Notes under the pieces: model-generated
What the model saw: the letters and a program-made list of their open reading frames with translations, nothing else
Told to the model about the DNA's origin: nothing
Database searches by the model: none
Position numbers and translations under genes: made by a program
Shown here: piece after piece, positions 23,806 to 32,000 of the stretch
Position numbering within the stretch: position 1 is the first letter of the stretch
How the letters are laid out: every line of letters starts with the position of its first letter
Assembly (NCBI GenBank): GCA_002713205.1
Contig: PAVW01000017.1
Location: 27,035 to 59,034, forward strand
Source of the DNA: Nitrososphaerota archaeon
Lineage (GTDB): Archaea > Thermoproteota > Nitrososphaeria > Nitrososphaerales > UBA57
DNA: 32,000 nucleotides
Direction: 5' to 3'

Positions 23806-25452
23806 TTATTTGTTGTTCTTTTGTTCTATTGCAGTTTTTATAAAGTGATAATAAATTGGTTCTGGTTTACCAGGACGACTCAAAAATTCTGGGTGATACT
23901 GCGTTGCTATATAAAATGGATGTGATGCCAATTCCATTATTTCTGTTCTTTTTCCATTATCACTAAATCCTGATAATGTTAATTTTTTTTCCTCAAACAC
24001 TGATTGATATTTTTTATTAAATTCATATCTATGTCTATGGCGTTGTCTAATCATATTTGTCTTATATATTTCAAATGCTTTAGTGTTGTTTTTTACTTCG
24101 ATATTGTGGCCTCCTAATCTCATGCTTCCACCTTTACTGTCGATTCGTTTCTGTGATGGTAAAATATTTATTATTGGGTTTTTTGTTTTTGGTTCTAGTT
24201 CTATCGAATTTGCATCTTTTATACCACACACATGTCTTGCGAAGGCAATAAGTGATAATTGAAATCCGAAACACAGACCAAGAAATGGTTTTTTTGATTC
24301 TCTTGCATAGTTCGCTGCTAGGATTATGCCTTCTGCTCCTCTTTCACCAAATCCACCTGGAACAATAAGACCATCATATTTCTTTAGTTTCAAAAGAGAT
24401 TTTTCATCATCTTCAAATACTGAACTATCTACCCATTCTACGTTTACCATGTGATTCTGATATGCTGCAGCATGTATCAATGCCTGATTAACGCTTACAT
24501 AACTATCACTTAACGCAACATACTTTCCAATCATTCCAATATTTATAATTTTTCGATTATTTCCTAACGATTTGGTCACTGTTTTCCAGTCTTTCCAATT
24601 CATCTCCCTTGTAGATAGTCGTAATTTTTCAATTATTGGAAAAATTATTCCATCATTATACAAATTCTCAGGAACATTATATATTGAATCACAATCAGGA
24701 TTCGAAATAATACTGTTTAATTCTACACTGGTAAATAACGATATCTTTCTTTTTGAAGCGTCTGTAATTTTTTGTTTACTTCTAACTACTATTATGTCTG
24801 GTTGTAACCCAATTCTTCGTAATTCTTGAACACTATGTTGTGTAGGCTTTGTTTTTTCTTCTCCTACAGGATCTAAGATTGGTGCTAGTGTAACATGGAC
24901 AAAAAGCGTATTATTTTGCCCTTCCTCTAATCTCATCTGTCTGACAGATTCTATAAATGGAAGACTTTCAATATCTCCAACTGTTCCTCCACATTCTACA
25001 AGTACAATCCCTTTTTGTTTTACTGCAACATCTCTTATTTTTTCCTTAATTCTATCTGTAATATTTGGTATGATCTGAACACATTCACCTAGAAAATCCC
25101 CATGACGTTCTGCTTGAATTACATCAAGATAAATTTGTCCTGTAGTGATATTGTGTTCTTTGGATAGATTTTTATTTAGAAATCTTTCATATGTGCCTAT
25201 ATCCATATCTGTTTCACCGCCATCGTCTGTTACGAATACTTCTCCATGTGCAAATGGATTCATAGTTCCTGCATCTACATTGATATATGGATCAATTTTT
25301 ATACACGTTACTTGTATGCCATATAAATCCAATAATTTTGCAATTGAAGCTGTAACAATTCCTTTACCAATACCAGAAAGAACACCTCCAGTGACAAAAA
25401 TATACTTGGGTGCCTGAGACAAATTTGGCCGTGATGTCTGCATATATGACAA
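23806..25452 (-). CDS. pyrG: CTP synthase
   Basis: KYIFVTGGVLSGIGKG, the synthase domain, and a C-terminal glutamine amidotransferase domain with GLCFGFQ and QYHPEF. Confidence 0.95.
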   Translation of the reverse strand: MSYMQTSRPNLSQAPKYIFVTGGVLSGIGKGIVTASIAKLLDLYGIQVTCIKIDPYINVDAGTMNPFAHGEVFVTDDGGETDMDIGTYERFLNKNLSKEHNITTGQIYLDVIQAERHGDFLGECVQIIPNITDRIKEKIRDVAVKQKGIVLVECGGTVGDIESLPFIESVRQMRLEEGQNNTLFVHVTLAPILDPVGEEKTKPTQHSVQELRRIGLQPDIIVVRSKQKITDASKRKISLFTSVELNSIISNPDCDSIYNVPENLYNDGIIFPIIEKLRLSTREMNWKDWKTVTKSLGNNRKIINIGMIGKYVALSDSYVSVNQALIHAAAYQNHMVNVEWVDSSVFEDDEKSLLKLKKYDGLIVPGGFGERGAEGIILAANYARESKKPFLGLCFGFQLSLIAFARHVCGIKDANSIELEPKTKNPIINILPSQKRIDSKGGSMRLGGHNIEVKNNTKAFEIYKTNMIRQRHRHRYEFNKKYQSVFEEKKLTLSGFSDNGKRTEIMELASHPFYIATQYHPEFLSRPGKPEPIYYHFIKTAIEQKNNK

Positions 25453-25556
25453 TCCATGTTGTCTGTTTTAACCATTTCTGAATTATATTAAATATACATT
25501 AAAGATACTTCAGTATACTTAATATTAATAAATAGTAAAATTATTAATGTCTAGGA

Positions 25557-26450
25557 TTGTTTTCTGCTTTCTCTCCCGGTCAAATCACTGGTTTTTTCAA
25601 ATTACATTATTCTAAAAATTTTCTCTTTTCGGGTTCTACAGGTGCTGGTATATGTATTTCAAATGGTGTTGAGACATCAGTTAAGTTAAAATCCTCTCAA
25701 AAAACAAAATTCAAAATACAAATTAATAATCAATTGACTAATGATGCTATTGTATCGAAATTTGTGGCACGAACAATGACCTCTAAACTAAATCAACATT
25801 ATGAAATTTCTATTAAACATTATTCGGATATACCGATTGGTTGTGGTTATGGTTCAAGTGGTTCCGCTGCATTGAGTTTGGCATATGCATTAAATGAAGC
25901 TCTAAGTCTTGGTCTAAGTCAAGAAAAAACTGCTCAAATTGCTCATATAGCTGAAATTAAATGTAGAACCGGACTTGGTACTGTACTTTCTTTATATAAT
26001 GGTGGCGCACACCTTCGTTTAAATCCAGGTGCTCCAGGAATTGGTAAAGTGCTAAAGTTTAATTCTAATAATCGTATTATTGCAACTTTCACATTAGGAA
26101 ATATATCAACACAAGATATATTATTGAATCCTGCAGTTCCTTCTTTTGTTAATAACCTTGGTCAAACACTTATACAAAAATTCACTAATAATCCTTCTGT
26201 AGATCTATTTCTTACTTTGTCGAGATATTTTGCCCTTTCTTTGAATTTTTTTCCTTATAATTTATATCAATTTATGAAATTAGCTGATAGATATGATATT
26301 GTATGCAGTATGAATATGTTTGGCTATTCAATATTTTCTATTATAAAATCTAATGAAAAAGCTGAATTTTATAATTTATTCCGTAAATCCAATATAAAAG
26401 GAAAACTTATCTTTTCAAATATAGATAATATTGGAGCACATTTATTATGA
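25557..26450 (+). CDS. pantoate kinase (archaeal CoA pathway, GHMP kinase family)
   Basis: TTG start. FSPGQITGFF N-terminus and GHMP motif IPIGCGYGSSGSAALS. ATGA-type overlap with the following phosphopantothenate synthetase gene. Confidence 0.75.
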   Translation: MFSAFSPGQITGFFKLHYSKNFLFSGSTGAGICISNGVETSVKLKSSQKTKFKIQINNQLTNDAIVSKFVARTMTSKLNQHYEISIKHYSDIPIGCGYGSSGSAALSLAYALNEALSLGLSQEKTAQIAHIAEIKCRTGLGTVLSLYNGGAHLRLNPGAPGIGKVLKFNSNNRIIATFTLGNISTQDILLNPAVPSFVNNLGQTLIQKFTNNPSVDLFLTLSRYFALSLNFFPYNLYQFMKLADRYDIVCSMNMFGYSIFSIIKSNEKAEFYNLFRKSNIKGKLIFSNIDNIGAHLL

Positions 26451-27211
26451 CTTTTATAACAATACCTAAAAATCATCCAAGAGCAAAATCACTTAAAGTC
26501 AGAGAAACAATCTCACAATCTTTTTCTGATGGTGTTGTCGTTTCTTCAGGATTAATTGCTCATGGCCGAGGAGAAGCATTTGATTACATTCTTGGTGAAA
26601 AAACATTACCTGTAACAATGACAGCTATAAGAGCTGCTGTCGCAGAATTGTTATTATATAAATCAGTCATATCTGTTAATGGTAATGTAGCTGCATTACA
26701 ATGTAAAAATATCATAACTCTAGCTAATCTAACTAATTCTCAAATTGAAATTAATTTATTTTATAGAACTGAACATCGCATTCAAAAAATTCATGAATTA
26801 TTCAAGAAATACACTGATAACAATATATTGGGAACTGACAAAAAATATCTCGTAAAAATTCCTGAGCTTCAAAGTCTAAGACGCTTTGCTGATAAACGAG
26901 GAATTATAAAATCTGATGTCGTTTTTATTCCACTCGAAGATGGAGATAGAGCCGAATCACTTGTAAATATAGGGAAAAGAGTTCTAACTGTTGATTTGAA
27001 TCCTTTATCCAGAACATCCAAAATGTCTAACATAACTATTGTCGATAATATAATGAGAGCTATCCCTGTGATGATTTTAGAATGTCGAAAAATGAAACAA
27101 TTACCAATCAACGACTTAAAAAAGATATTATCAGATTTTGATAACGAGAATCAATTAAATTTAATTCTAGACCATATTTCTACAAGATTAATATCTTTGT
27201 CAAACAAATAA
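26447..27211 (+). CDS. phosphopantothenate synthetase (archaeal type)
   Basis: IPKNHPRAKSLKVRE...GLIAHGRGEAFDYILGEKT matches the conserved N-terminal signature of the archaeal enzyme family. Gene context is PoK upstream and panB downstream. Confidence 0.8.
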   Translation: MTFITIPKNHPRAKSLKVRETISQSFSDGVVVSSGLIAHGRGEAFDYILGEKTLPVTMTAIRAAVAELLLYKSVISVNGNVAALQCKNIITLANLTNSQIEINLFYRTEHRIQKIHELFKKYTDNNILGTDKKYLVKIPELQSLRRFADKRGIIKSDVVFIPLEDGDRAESLVNIGKRVLTVDLNPLSRTSKMSNITIVDNIMRAIPVMILECRKMKQLPINDLKKILSDFDNENQLNLILDHISTRLISLSNK

Positions 27212-27231
27212 TTAATGAGGAATACTTTAAA

Positions 27232-28086
27232 ATGAATGTTCGAAAGTTAATTAATCTGAAGGAACAGGGAAGACGAATAACCGCTATAACTGCATACGAT
27301 TATTCATTTGCAACAATTGCCGAATCAGCAAATATTGATATTATTTTGGTTGGTGATTCTGGAGCTATGGTTATGTTTGGTTATGAAAATACTACTCCAG
27401 CAACAATGGAAGAAATGTTGCTTATGACAAAAGCTGTTTCACGTGGTGCTAAAAAACCATTATTAGTTGCCGATATGCCTTTTATGTCTTATCATGTTTC
27501 TATTGAAGAATCAATTCGTAACGCAGGAAAATTTGTGAAGGATAGTGGAATGCATGCAGTTAAACTCGAAGGAGATCGCGATATTGCAAAAACTATACGA
27601 GCTATAACAAAAACTGGAATTCCTGTTATGGCACATATTGGATTAAAACCACAAACTGCTAAATCTTGGGATGGCTATAAACTTCAAGGTACGACTTATT
27701 CTTCGGCAAAAAAATTAATTGAAGATGCACAAGAACTAGAGAGTGCTGGCGCATTTTGCATTGTTCTTGAAATGGTCACCAAGGAAATCAGTAAATTGAT
27801 TACTGAAAATCTTTCTATTCCTACGATTGGAATTGGTTCTGGTCAATATTGCGATGGACAAATTCTAGTTCTCCATGATATGTTGAATTTATATGATGCG
27901 ATTAAACCACGTTTTGTCAAACAATACGCAGATCTTAAAACTGAGACATTGAACGCTTTAACTAATTATAAAGAAGATGTTGTCTCTGGAAAATTTCCTG
28001 ATGATACACATTCTCAAAGTATTGATTCTTCTGAATTAATTAAATTGAAAAAATATTTTGTAAAAGTTAATCACGCTGAAATATAA
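27232..28086 (+). CDS. panB: 3-methyl-2-oxobutanoate (ketopantoate) hydroxymethyltransferase
   Basis: ITAITAYDYSFA, ILVGDSGAMV, VKLEGD, MAHIGLKPQ and IGIGSG motifs. Confidence 0.95.
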   Translation: MNVRKLINLKEQGRRITAITAYDYSFATIAESANIDIILVGDSGAMVMFGYENTTPATMEEMLLMTKAVSRGAKKPLLVADMPFMSYHVSIEESIRNAGKFVKDSGMHAVKLEGDRDIAKTIRAITKTGIPVMAHIGLKPQTAKSWDGYKLQGTTYSSAKKLIEDAQELESAGAFCIVLEMVTKEISKLITENLSIPTIGIGSGQYCDGQILVLHDMLNLYDAIKPRFVKQYADLKTETLNALTNYKEDVVSGKFPDDTHSQSIDSSELIKLKKYFVKVNHAEI

Positions 28087-28109
28087 TTCATATAAATTGT
28101 GAAAAATAA

Positions 28110-29249
28110 ATGAGAAATCATGGGCTAAGCCAAAAGGATGTTAATGACAAGCTAACTCGTATAATAAAAAAAGACACTAATTTTAATTCAGGTAAAATAC
28201 TTGGTTCAATGTGCACTACTCCTCATTCTTTTTCTCAAAAAATTTATTCAAAATATTTAGAAAAAAATATTGGAGATCCTGGATTAATACTTGGAACTCA
28301 AAAATTAGAAAACGACTCAATACGTATGATTGGCTCTCTCTTATCTTATCCTGATGCTATTGGTAATGTGGTATCTGGTGGGACAGAAGCTAATATTATT
28401 GCACTTTGGACCGCACGTAATTATTCTAATACATCTAATGCTGAAGTCATATTGCCGTCTCATTCACACCATTCATTTGATAAAGCTGCAGATATTCTAG
28501 GCCTCAAACTTATTAAAATTCCTAGTAAAAACGGTATTATGGATGTTAATCACATTGAAAAAAAAATTACTCGGAATACTATTCTTATGATTGGAGTAGC
28601 TGGTAATACTCCTCTAGGATTGATTGATCCAATTGACGAATTATCGGATTTAGCCATAAAATTTTCAATTCCACTTCATGTAGATGCTTCATTTGGAGGA
28701 TTCATTATTCCTTTTTTACGTAAATCTGAATATAAAATTCCAGAATTTGATTTTAGTCTTCCAGGAGTTTATTCAATTGTAGTTGATCCTCATAAAATGG
28801 GTATGGCTCCTATCCCTTCAAGTTGCATTTTATTTCGTAATAGTAAATTCCTTAATAGTATCTCGAGTAATGTTGACTATTTGTCTGGTGGTCAAAAACC
28901 TCGAAAAACATTATTGGGTACTAGCCCTGGAGCATCGATAATTTCCTTATGGGCTTTGATGAACTTTTTAGGTAAAGATGGATATTCAAAAATTGCATTA
29001 CGCTGTATGAAAAACACTCAATATCTATATGAAAAATTGAATACAATTTCCGGAATTAATATTATACAGAAACCTGTTCTTAACATTATTGGCTTCAAAT
29101 TTAGAAAAATCCCTAATCAATTGCTCGCTAAAAAAATTCGGAAACAAGGTTGGGCAATTTCCGTCTTTCCAACTCATATTAGATTAGTTATTATGCCACA
29201 TATTAATAGACAACATATTGACAACTTTATAGATTCACTTTCTCGTTAA
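28110..29249 (+). CDS. mfnA: PLP-dependent group II decarboxylase, MfnA-type (L-tyrosine/L-aspartate decarboxylase; probable beta-alanine source)
   Basis: SGGTEANIIAL, HVDASFGGF and VDPHKMGMAPIPSSCILFR (PLP lysine). It lies next to pantothenate/CoA genes. Confidence 0.8.
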   Translation: MRNHGLSQKDVNDKLTRIIKKDTNFNSGKILGSMCTTPHSFSQKIYSKYLEKNIGDPGLILGTQKLENDSIRMIGSLLSYPDAIGNVVSGGTEANIIALWTARNYSNTSNAEVILPSHSHHSFDKAADILGLKLIKIPSKNGIMDVNHIEKKITRNTILMIGVAGNTPLGLIDPIDELSDLAIKFSIPLHVDASFGGFIIPFLRKSEYKIPEFDFSLPGVYSIVVDPHKMGMAPIPSSCILFRNSKFLNSISSNVDYLSGGQKPRKTLLGTSPGASIISLWALMNFLGKDGYSKIALRCMKNTQYLYEKLNTISGINIIQKPVLNIIGFKFRKIPNQLLAKKIRKQGWAISVFPTHIRLVIMPHINRQHIDNFIDSLSR

Positions 29250-29421
29250 GAAATCAGTTTATTTTACTTATTTGAAATATTTACACGTATTTTTAGTTGA
29301 ACTATTTTGATTGCTCTGGTGAATTAAGTAAATAATACTTTAGTTCCGGATTTAAATATTAAAACTACTGACTTGAAATTAAGAGTTTAATAATCTATAT
29401 GTAGTTGTTGGTTGATTTAAA

Positions 29422-32000
29422 ATGGTTTATATAAAAAAAATAGAAGCACGTGGCTTCAAATCCCTTGGTAGTCGACCTGTTCATGTAAATTTTGATGGGA
29501 ACTTTATTGGAATTACTGGACCTAATGGTTCAGGTAAGAGTAATATAATTGATGCAATTTTATTTGCACTTGGTCAAAATAGTCCAAAACTTATGAGAGT
29601 TAACAGACTCAGGGACTTAATTTTTGATGGCGCTGGTGGCAACCCATCATCCGACGCTCGCGTGACTCTTACTCTTGATAATTCTGATCGAACTATTCCA
29701 GTGGATAATGACAGAGTCACAATAACAAGAGCAATTAAATCATCTGGAGAAAGTAAATACTTGCTTAATGGTAAGAAAACTCAAAAAGGTACTTTGAATG
29801 AACTTTTAACCTTATCTCTAATAAATCCTGATGGGTTGAATTTTGTCCCACAAGGAATGGTAACTCATCTAGCAGATCGCAGTTCTGAAGAAAAACGCCG
29901 TATAATTGAAGAGATTGTAGGCGTTGCACAATTTGATGAAAAAAAAGCAGATGCTTTAAAACAGCTTGATCTAGCAGATCGAAAACTAGAGGTTTCTATG
30001 GCTAAAATTGGAGAAGTAAAGAAAAATATTGCTTCATTGGAGGAACAACGAAACGATGAATTAAGACTTCGTTTTCTCGAAACTGAACGACGATGGCTTA
30101 AATCCGTAGTTCTCTCTAAAAAAATTTATGATATTGAATCATCTATAGTTGATAATAACAAAAAATTAGAAACTATTTCAAACGAAAAAGTAGAACTTGA
30201 AAATGAAATTAATGTTCTAAAAGATCAATTTAAAGCAGTTGAGACCGAAAAAAAAGACTTTTTAGAAAAGGCAATTGGGAATCGCGGTGATAAATTAATT
30301 GAAGTTGAACTTAATTTATCTCATAAAAAAATTGAATTAGAAACTTTACAAGAAAAAATAAAAGATTTTGAACAAACTAAAAATAAAATTAAAGATTCTC
30401 TTCCACATTTACATCAAATGTATTTAGATAATGAGAAAGCATCTAAAGAGTCAATTCTCAAAATTAAAAATTTATCTACGGAAATAGAAAAAAAAGAAAT
30501 CGAACTAAAAACCTTTAAAACAGAAATACATGTTATCAAAAATGAATATACAAATACGCAGACATTGATTTCTGAAGAAGACGATCACTTAATGGTTTAT
30601 AATAATGAATTAACTCAATTACAATCTCAAGAAACTCAATTGAATATTAAATTATCGAATAGCACAAACAGAAAATCTATTCTAGAAGAAAAAATTGAAG
30701 GATTGTCTAAAAGAGTGAAAGCTCAGCAAGATGTGGTAAAGAAATTACAACAATCTATTTCTGAATTTGAATCTTTACATAAGCAGGAAAAAAATTCTAT
30801 CTCTTCTATAACATTTTCTAATTCAGAACTAATTAATAAACGAGAAATATTTGAAGTTGAATTGAATAAAGCAATTGAAATACTCCAGAAAGCCAATGAA
30901 GCAGTAATTAAACATGAATCGAAAGTCGAAACAGCTAAGGAAATGACTCTTACACAAAATACACCGTCTAAACTTCAAGTTTTGTCACATGATTTGTCTA
31001 TTTCAGGATATTTAGGCCAGATTGACGAGGTCATTAAGTTGGATGGTAATTATAAGATTGCATTACGTGCGGCATCTAAACGTTGGTCTAATGCAGTTGT
31101 TGTTGATAAGATGTCTTCATTACTCGAGGTAGTTCAACTTATTAAAAAATACAAACTAGGTCGGGTTGCATTAATACCGTTATCTGATGTCAATGATTCT
31201 ACTAGAGTTCAATCTCCTCAAAATAATGATATAATAGGCTCCTTAGCTGATTTCGTTGCAACTGACAAAAAATATCAAGGTCTAGTTAATTTTATTTTTG
31301 GAGATACATTACTAGTCAAAACTGCAAAATTAGGCTATATTTGGTCTCAAAATGGATTTCGTACTGTAACAATTTCTGGTGATTTATTTGAACCAGGTGG
31401 TTCAGTTTTTGAAACTGGGAATGTTTCGCCGTTAGCTAATCTATTTTTTGACTCGAAATCATTATCACAAATCAAATCTAGTGTGGATTCTCTACGACAA
31501 ACAATCAACAAACGAAAATTAGATATTAAAGAACTTAATTCTCAATCTAAAAAAATGGAAAATAATCACAATGAACGTAAGATCTCTCTAGAAAAACTTT
31601 CATTGGAAATTTCTAATCTTGACGGACTAAGAATTAGGTACACGAATACATCTAAAAATCTCAATCAGCAAATTTCTCAATATAATAAGGACATTCAAAA
31701 TTATTCTACTGAAATTAAAAACCACAATATTAATGTACAAATTATTACACAAAAAATTATTACTGTTAAAAATAAAATAAATAATAACGACTCGATTAAT
31801 TCCTTAAAGAAAAATCTTAACAAATTAGAAGAGAATAAAAATCAATTACAGTTAAAAATTGAACATTTTTCAAATAGTATTATTGAACTAGAAACTTCTT
31901 TAGCGCGTGAACAAGCTAATCTAGATCATAATATCAAACATTCACATTCAGAACTCAAAACTAAGATTTCTGATTATGAAAAAGAGTACAACGATAAATC
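29422..32000 (+). CDS. smc: chromosome segregation ATPase SMC (C-terminus beyond window)
   Basis: Absent from the ORF track because no stop falls in the window. ATG at 29422 gives MVYIKKIEARGFKSLG...ITGPNGSGKSNIIDAILFALG (Walker A). A long coiled coil follows, then a hinge-like GYLGQIDEVIKLDGNYKIALRAA...GRVALIPL, then a second coiled coil. Confidence 0.9.
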   Translation, partial: MVYIKKIEARGFKSLGSRPVHVNFDGNFIGITGPNGSGKSNIIDAILFALGQNSPKLMRVNRLRDLIFDGAGGNPSSDARVTLTLDNSDRTIPVDNDRVTITRAIKSSGESKYLLNGKKTQKGTLNELLTLSLINPDGLNFVPQGMVTHLADRSSEEKRRIIEEIVGVAQFDEKKADALKQLDLADRKLEVSMAKIGEVKKNIASLEEQRNDELRLRFLETERRWLKSVVLSKKIYDIESSIVDNNKKLETISNEKVELENEINVLKDQFKAVETEKKDFLEKAIGNRGDKLIEVELNLSHKKIELETLQEKIKDFEQTKNKIKDSLPHLHQMYLDNEKASKESILKIKNLSTEIEKKEIELKTFKTEIHVIKNEYTNTQTLISEEDDHLMVYNNELTQLQSQETQLNIKLSNSTNRKSILEEKIEGLSKRVKAQQDVVKKLQQSISEFESLHKQEKNSISSITFSNSELINKREIFEVELNKAIEILQKANEAVIKHESKVETAKEMTLTQNTPSKLQVLSHDLSISGYLGQIDEVIKLDGNYKIALRAASKRWSNAVVVDKMSSLLEVVQLIKKYKLGRVALIPLSDVNDSTRVQSPQNNDIIGSLADFVATDKKYQGLVNFIFGDTLLVKTAKLGYIWSQNGFRTVTISGDLFEPGGSVFETGNVSPLANLFFDSKSLSQIKSSVDSLRQTINKRKLDIKELNSQSKKMENNHNERKISLEKLSLEISNLDGLRIRYTNTSKNLNQQISQYNKDIQNYSTEIKNHNINVQIITQKIITVKNKINNNDSINSLKKNLNKLEENKNQLQLKIEHFSNSIIELETSLAREQANLDHNIKHSHSELKTKISDYEKEYNDK

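Noticed and set aside
29250-29421. The longest intergenic gap (172 nt) as a possible C/D-box sRNA or other ncRNA
   Set aside because: No RUGAUGA C-box occurs on either strand and I see no convincing stable stem-loops. It is most simply the smc promoter and 5' region.
29900-32000. Repetitive-looking Lys/Glu/Asn/Ile-rich sequence as a DNA repeat array
   Set aside because: It is the heptad-like coiled-coil arms of SMC in one continuous reading frame. No exact nucleotide repeat units are evident.
1-32000. CRISPR arrays, transposases/IS elements, toxin-antitoxin pairs, or recognisable defence-system genes
   Set aside because: I found no spaced direct repeats, terminal inverted repeats, or nuclease, integrase or transposase-like ORFs in any frame of the ORF track or in the intergenic regions I read.

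Overview
Gene-dense, strongly AT-rich archaeal chromosomal segment. All calls come from reading the supplied translations and DNA by eye; no searches or computations were run. Archaeal markers: the pantoate kinase plus phosphopantothenate synthetase CoA route, an MfnA-type decarboxylase, an Sm-like protein, NFACT, a RadA paralog, SMC, and a tRNA with a non-canonical intron. A MenA-like prenyltransferase and the overall genome style suggest a Nitrososphaerota/Thaumarchaeota-like (ammonia-oxidiser-like) organism, but that is inference only. I support about 36 protein genes and 1 tRNA. I saw no rRNA, CRISPR array, transposase or integrase. Most of the window is housekeeping: pyrC, pyrG, metK, pdxST, panB and the CoA genes, smc, glycosyltransferases, and a rhomboid protease. 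The stand-out is a compact 8-gene divergon at 2769-9315. One arm encodes two exported YVTN beta-propeller proteins, a YeeE/YedE sulfur-compound channel and a TusA/YeeD-like protein. The other arm encodes an unusually long SelD-like (PurM-superfamily) protein that keeps the Cys-x-x-Lys catalytic loop, two tandem TusA paralogs and a tandem-rhodanese sulfurtransferase. I propose this as a candidate, apparently undescribed sulfur (or selenium) capture, import and ATP-dependent activation module. Secondary observations: tRNA-Arg(GCG) has its intron inside the anticodon stem; the dihydroorotase HxH motif lies upstream of any canonical start codon; metK is of the bacterial/eukaryal type in an archaeal context; one beta-propeller ends in a SoxY-like Cys-Gly-Gly.
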